NCBI GenBank assembly: GCA_965112735.1
Contig: OZ218954.1
Location: forward strand, 2,976,001-3,040,000
Direction: 5' to 3'
Length of the DNA stretch: 64,000 nt
DNA from: Phaeosaccion multiseriatum
Taxonomy: Eukaryota > Protista > Ochrophyta, other classes
Of the stretch, positions 11,010-64,000 are shown piece after piece (the first letter of the stretch is position 1; each line of letters starts with the position of its first letter). The notes beneath the pieces were generated by a model, which was given only the letters and a program-made list of their open reading frames with translations, did no database searches and was not told the origin of the DNA. The position numbers were made by a program, and so were the translations under genes.

Positions 11010-11074
11010 GATCGATCGATCGTAGGATTACGTCAGATTACGTCAGATTACGTAGGATGCACTCAAGTACATTC

Positions 11075-11088
11075 ATTTTAATTAAAAT
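11075..11088. terminator. Palindromic AT island ATTTTAATTAAAAT; possible poly(A) signal (ATTAAA on both strands)
   Basis: AT-rich patch between the convergent ankyrin array and the dynein 3' end; function is inferred only. Confidence 0.25.
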
Positions 11089-11154
11089 TAGAGAGCACGA
11101 AAGTGGAGAAAGATGGATTGGAGCGAGGCTGACTACGCTACACGCGGTCATGCT

Positions 11155-11640
11155 CTCCCATGTCAACAAGACGAGACCCATCCCGAGAGCTACTCCCATG
11201 TCAACAAGAAGAGACAGTCCCGAGAGCTTACTCCCATGTCAACAAGAAGAGACAGTCCCGAGAGCTTACTCCCATGTCAACAAGAAGAGACAGTCCCGAG
11301 AGCTACTCCCATGTCAACAAGAAGAGACAGTCCCGAGAGCTTACTCCCATGTCAACAAGAAGAGACAGTCCCGAGAGCTTACTCCCATGTCAACAAGAAG
11401 AGACAGTCCCGAGAGCTTACTCCCATGTCAACAAGAAGAGACAGTCCCGAGAGCTTACTCCCATGTCAACAAGAAGAGACAGTCCCGAGAGCTTACTCCC
11501 ATGTCAACAAGAAGAGACAGTCCCGAGAGCTTACTCCCATGTCAACAAGAAGAGACAGTCCCGAGAGCTACTCCCATGTCAACAAGAAGAAACAGTCCCC
11601 AGAGCTTACTCCCATGTCAACAAGAAGAGACAAAATCCCG
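11155..11640. repeat. 37/38-bp minisatellite, ~13 copies, in the dynein 3' UTR/flank
   Basis: Unit (T)TACTCCCATGTCAACAAGAAGAGACAGTCCCGAGAGC, head-to-tail with no spacers; it ends 10 bp from the dynein stop codon. Confidence 0.95.
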
Positions 11641-11649
11641 AATGTTATG

Positions 11650-60121
<48,472 letters not shown>

Positions 60122-60477
60122 TTCACTTGGGTTTATTTGCTTTGCCAAGGAGACCAATAACTAAACCAACTATGGCATCCTCTTCCTCTCCCTCTCGCTC
60201 TTTCTCTCCCCCTCTCTCCCTCTCTCTTAAGGCTATCCTCAGCACCACATCGCCGCACACCTTCTTCTCCTCATACTGCTGCTGCTGTGAGAATCCCCCC
60301 CTTCGTTTTCCCCCTGCTTGGATTTTCCAAGACAAACTGTTACGGTGTTATGAAACGGAAACTCACATCAAGGCGTATGGGCAGGATTTGTTGTGACACG
60401 ATTTGGATGAGGTGGTGTTGCTTCTCCTCCATTCCCCTCCACCCTCTCTTGTCTGTCTTGCCCCACCCCCGTGAAGG
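60122..60477. promoter_or_regulatory. Short divergent intergenic region, putative bidirectional promoter
   Basis: 356 bp separate the dynein ATG (minus, 60121) from the GST2N ATG (plus, 60478). Confidence 0.55.
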
Positions 60478-63400
60478 ATGAAGGTAACTTGCGCTTGTGC
60501 TCTGGTGGCAGTGGGTGGGCTGAAGGCAGCGCAGGCCTTCGCGCCGCCGACTGCGCTGGTCACGGCAGCAGGAAAGGCGCCAAATTCTCTCCGAGGAGCA
60601 TCATCATCCTCTTCATTGCGCATGGCTGCCCCAAAGAAGCTGTCCAAACCAGAGGGCTTCGTTGCCCCCGGTGAGCCATAGTAGGTTGGCTCTGCAACGG
60701 AGTGAAGAAGCCATGGCGGAGAGAATTTTGATGACATTCCAGTGCTCGCACGTCTGACAGTTGTGCAATACCACCCACCCCCTCCTCCTGCCAGAGCCGA
60801 AGCCGCTGAGCGTGACCCGACTCGGAGATGTCCCTATGCTGCTCTCGGGTGGGCTATCCACCGTTCTGAGGGGAGCCACGGGCGTGTTCGTTGTGGGGTG
60901 GAAGCCTAACTTTGGAGAGGCGGTGAGTGAGCGTGTGTGGTGTAGAGGTGGTGGAGGAAGGAACTCAACCCAAGTGGAAGGAATTTGCGCCGTGAGCAGC
61001 TCCTCGTTACATCTCTCGTTTGGTGCTCTCCCGTCGATGCGCCGTCCGCCTCTGCCTCTCGCTCTCTCTCTCCCTGTTCATCTGTTGCTTCTCTCGTCAC
61101 TCCTCTGTCTCTCTTTGTGCATCTTGCCACACTTATCGTTTTGTCTCTCTCCCGTCGATACGCCTCGTTTCTGAGTTTCTCTCTCTCTTATCTCTCTCTT
61201 TCTGCTCGCACCTCTCTTCCTTTCTCTCTCCCTCTCCATCTCCTCTCCCTCTCTCCTGTCCTCTCTCTCCCATCAGGGGGAGGGAGAATACGCTCTGAAG
61301 GTAGGCCCCTTGAGTGTGAAGGACACCGTTGCGGACATCTCGGCTTGGAAACGACCGAAGAAGACTCTTGTGATGTACGATTATGAGGGCAGTCCCTTCT
61401 GTCGTAAGGTGAGCTCTTAGCCCATCACCGTCAATCATATGATTGTCGCTCTTAGCACACCACCGTCAATCATATGATTGCAGCTCTGAGCCCACCACCG
61501 TCAATCAAATGATTGTGGCGGTGAAGGGGGGGGGGAGGCAGGGGTTGAGTAACTATGCCTCGGTTGGTCATGTCGTCATCAAGACCTTTCAAGTGCACTC
61601 GTCAGACTGTCTTACATATCTGCACGTCCTCCCCTCCCCTTCATATGTGTATTGCTCAGGTCCGGGAAGCCATTTGCATGCTTGACTTGGACGTCGAGTA
61701 CAAACCCGCACCCCCCGGGGCCGACAAGGCCAGGGCAGAGCTGATGAAGATTGCAGGGAAGGTGCAGGTGAGGGCGACAGGACGGTACAGACGATGGACA
61801 TCTCTCTTCAAACGCACTCCCTCTGTCTCCATCGTAACCTCTCTCCTTGCTGTCTTCTACCCTGCCCTACCCTGCCCTATCTTACCCTATCTTACCTCCA
61901 CCGCACCCCACCCCCCCTTCCCCTCCCCTACCGCAGCTGCCCACCCTTGTTGACCCCAACAGGAAGAAGAGTGAGCAAGTACTTCTAGAGAGTGCCGACA
62001 TCATCACCTACCTATTCAATGAGTACGGGCCGGGGGAGGCCTCCATCCCCTGGATAGCCAAGGGAAAGAACAGCTTCAGCACGGACCTTTCCATCGCTGC
62101 CACCGCAGCGAGGTGAGCGAAGCGAAGGACGGAGGGAGGGGAGGGGAGGGGAGGGATGGAGGAAGGGCGGCAGGGGGAGAAGCGAAGGGACCGCTACTGC
62201 TACTGCTACTCCACCATCGTTGTCGCTCACCCCTCGAGGATTCAGCTCCGCCCTCGTCTAACCCTACATTTCTTCTTCGTCCTCCTCCTCCTCCTCCTCC
62301 TGTCCTCCTCCTCCTGCTGCTGCTGCTGCTCCTCCTGCTCCTGCTCCTCCTCCTCTCTGTTCTTTCGCATCCGAAGGGGGTTCGCAGGGGGCAAGCTCAG
62401 CCCGGACGCGGATGAGGCCAACTTCACCCGCAAGCCCTTGGAGGTTTGGGGATACGAGGGCAGTCCATTTGTGAGGCCCGTCAGAGAGACACTCACCGCA
62501 CTAGGCCTCCCTCACAAGGTTCGATCAGGCCGAGGCATATGGGGATGGGGTGGGGCACACGTGGGTGGGCTGCGGGGCCGCGGTGCCATTGGGCTATGGA
62601 AGGGATGCTACAACTTGCTGCGCTTGTTGACGGCTCCCTTGGCCCGGGGGATGAGCCAGGAGGATGGCAGTGGATGGCAGGAGGAACAGAGCTGGGCTGA
62701 ATTGGGTCTTCTGTCGCAGCACCGGACTTGGGCGTGGTTGATGCAACGCACCTGATGGCGTCTCTCTCACTCTCTCTCTCTCTCTCTTCTCGCTCCCTCT
62801 CCCTCTCCCTCTCTCTCTCCTTGTCTTTCTGTCCATCATATCCCTTTTGTCTTTCTTTGTCTCTCTCTTCCTCTCCCCCCGCCTCTACCCTCCCTCTCTC
62901 TCCGTCTCTCTGCCTCTCCCTCCCTCGATCTTTCTGTGTGTCTCTGTCTGTGTGTGTCGTTTGTGTCCGATTGGATGGTAGCAGATGGTCTACGCGGCGC
63001 GTGGTTCTCAGAAGCGGGACCTTCTGGTGCAAGAGACGGGCCGCTTCCAAGTGCCCTACCTCAAGGACCCCAATACCGGAGTGGCCCTGTTTGAGAGCCC
63101 GGAGATCGTTGGTGAGTAGCGAGTAGAGTGTGTTGTCGATGAGGAGAAGGAGGAGGAGCAGCAGGAGGAGGAGCAGGAGGAAGAGGAGGAGGAGGAGGAG
63201 GAGGAGGAGGAGGAGGAGGAGGAGGAGGAGGAGGAGGAGGAGGAGGAGGAGGAAGAGGAGGAGGAGGAGGAGGAGGAGGAGGAGGAGGAGGAGGAGGAGG
63301 AGGAGGAGGAGGGGGAGGAGGAGGAGGGGGAGGAGCAATGCTCTCTCTCATTCGTACCCCCCCGGTATCGTCGGTGTACCTCTGCTCGCCCTTTGATCCT

Positions 63401-63648
63401 CCTTCTCTCCTAGCCCTCCCCCCATCTGTCCATCGGCATTTACTGTCTCTCTCCCTCTCGCCCTCTGTCTCTCCCCCTTCCCCCCCCCCCTCTCTCTCTC
63501 TCCCTCTTCCCCCTCTCTCTCCCTCTCTCTCCCTCTCTGTCCCTCTCTCTCTCTCTCCCCCTCTCTCTCCCTCTCTCTCGCACGCTATCCCTCTGTCGCT
63601 TCCATCTCTCCCTCTCTCCATCCCTCCACTCGCTCTCTGTTCATCACG

Positions 63649-63703
<55 letters not shown>

Positions 63704-63778
63704 CTCACTCTCTTATGGCTCTCGTCTGTCTCGTGTCCCGAAGAATACCTCAACAACGTGTACAGCACAAAGGCTTAA
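60478..63778 (+). CDS. Plastid-targeted GST2N-type protein (two GST-N/thioredoxin-fold domains), 8 exons
   Basis: Exons ~60478-60670, 60795-60922, 61277-61408, 61660-61767, 61937-62112, 62377-62518, 62985-63111, 63744-63778 join in phase. Translation: signal peptide + AQAFAP; F.APEPKP; LVMYDYEGSPFCRKVREAICMLDLDVEYKPAP..GKVQLPTLVDPN..LESADIITYL..YG; PLEVWGYEGSPFVRPVRETL..LGLPH..ARGSQKR..GRFQVPYLKDPNTGVALFESPEIVEYL. Confidence 0.9.
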
Positions 63779-64000
63779 AGTGCTTGCTTATCGCATTGGA
63801 AACGACACGTGCCACACAAAGGAAGCAGTGCTTCCTCTACTGCGAGGTGTGTGGCTTGAATGTATGGACCAACGAGCGACGCCGACGTATGGGCCGACGT
63901 CTTGGCGTACACGGGATGTGCTCTGTGTGTCATGGCTGTGATGACGGCGACTTTTGCCTGCTTCATGCCTCTTGCCTCTTGCTGCGTGGCTTGTGGAGAG

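Noticed and set aside
11155-11640. CRISPR-like 37/38-bp repeat array
   Set aside because: Units are contiguous with no unique spacers, there are no cas genes, and the context is eukaryotic; it is a minisatellite.

Overview
Eukaryotic, intron-rich nuclear DNA from a photosynthetic stramenopile (ochrophyte). Evidence: a signal peptide + AQAFAP bipartite plastid-targeting motif, and (GGGA)n/(TCCC)n-laden introns. An outer-arm dynein implies a flagellated stage. Three blocks. (1) ~0.4-11.0 kb: a ~5-kb tandem duplication in A-B-A-B-A form. A is a ~0.7-0.8 kb direct repeat; each B carries an intronless ankyrin-repeat ORF (17 and 16 repeats). The two proteins differ almost only at ankyrin binding-surface positions and in repeat order, while the flanking DNA is near-identical. 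(2) 11,650-60,121 (minus): one ~87-exon, ~4,700-aa axonemal dynein heavy chain of the kelch/IPT/filamin-tailed outer-arm type, traced by hand. One exon (~56.4-56.5 kb) is overwritten by a TAGGG repeat, probably an assembly/polishing artefact. (3) 60,478-63,778 (plus): an 8-exon plastid-targeted GST2N-type protein, head-to-head with the dynein. The most unusual unexplained signal is an orientation-polarised intron 'grammar'. Fixed words (GGATGGCAGT, GTTGGTGATACA, GTGTCAGGACA) and simple repeats occur G-rich just after exons and as their C-rich reverse complements just before exons, so exons and introns are bracketed by inverted repeats. All coordinates were read by eye and may be off by a few bases; no database searches were run.
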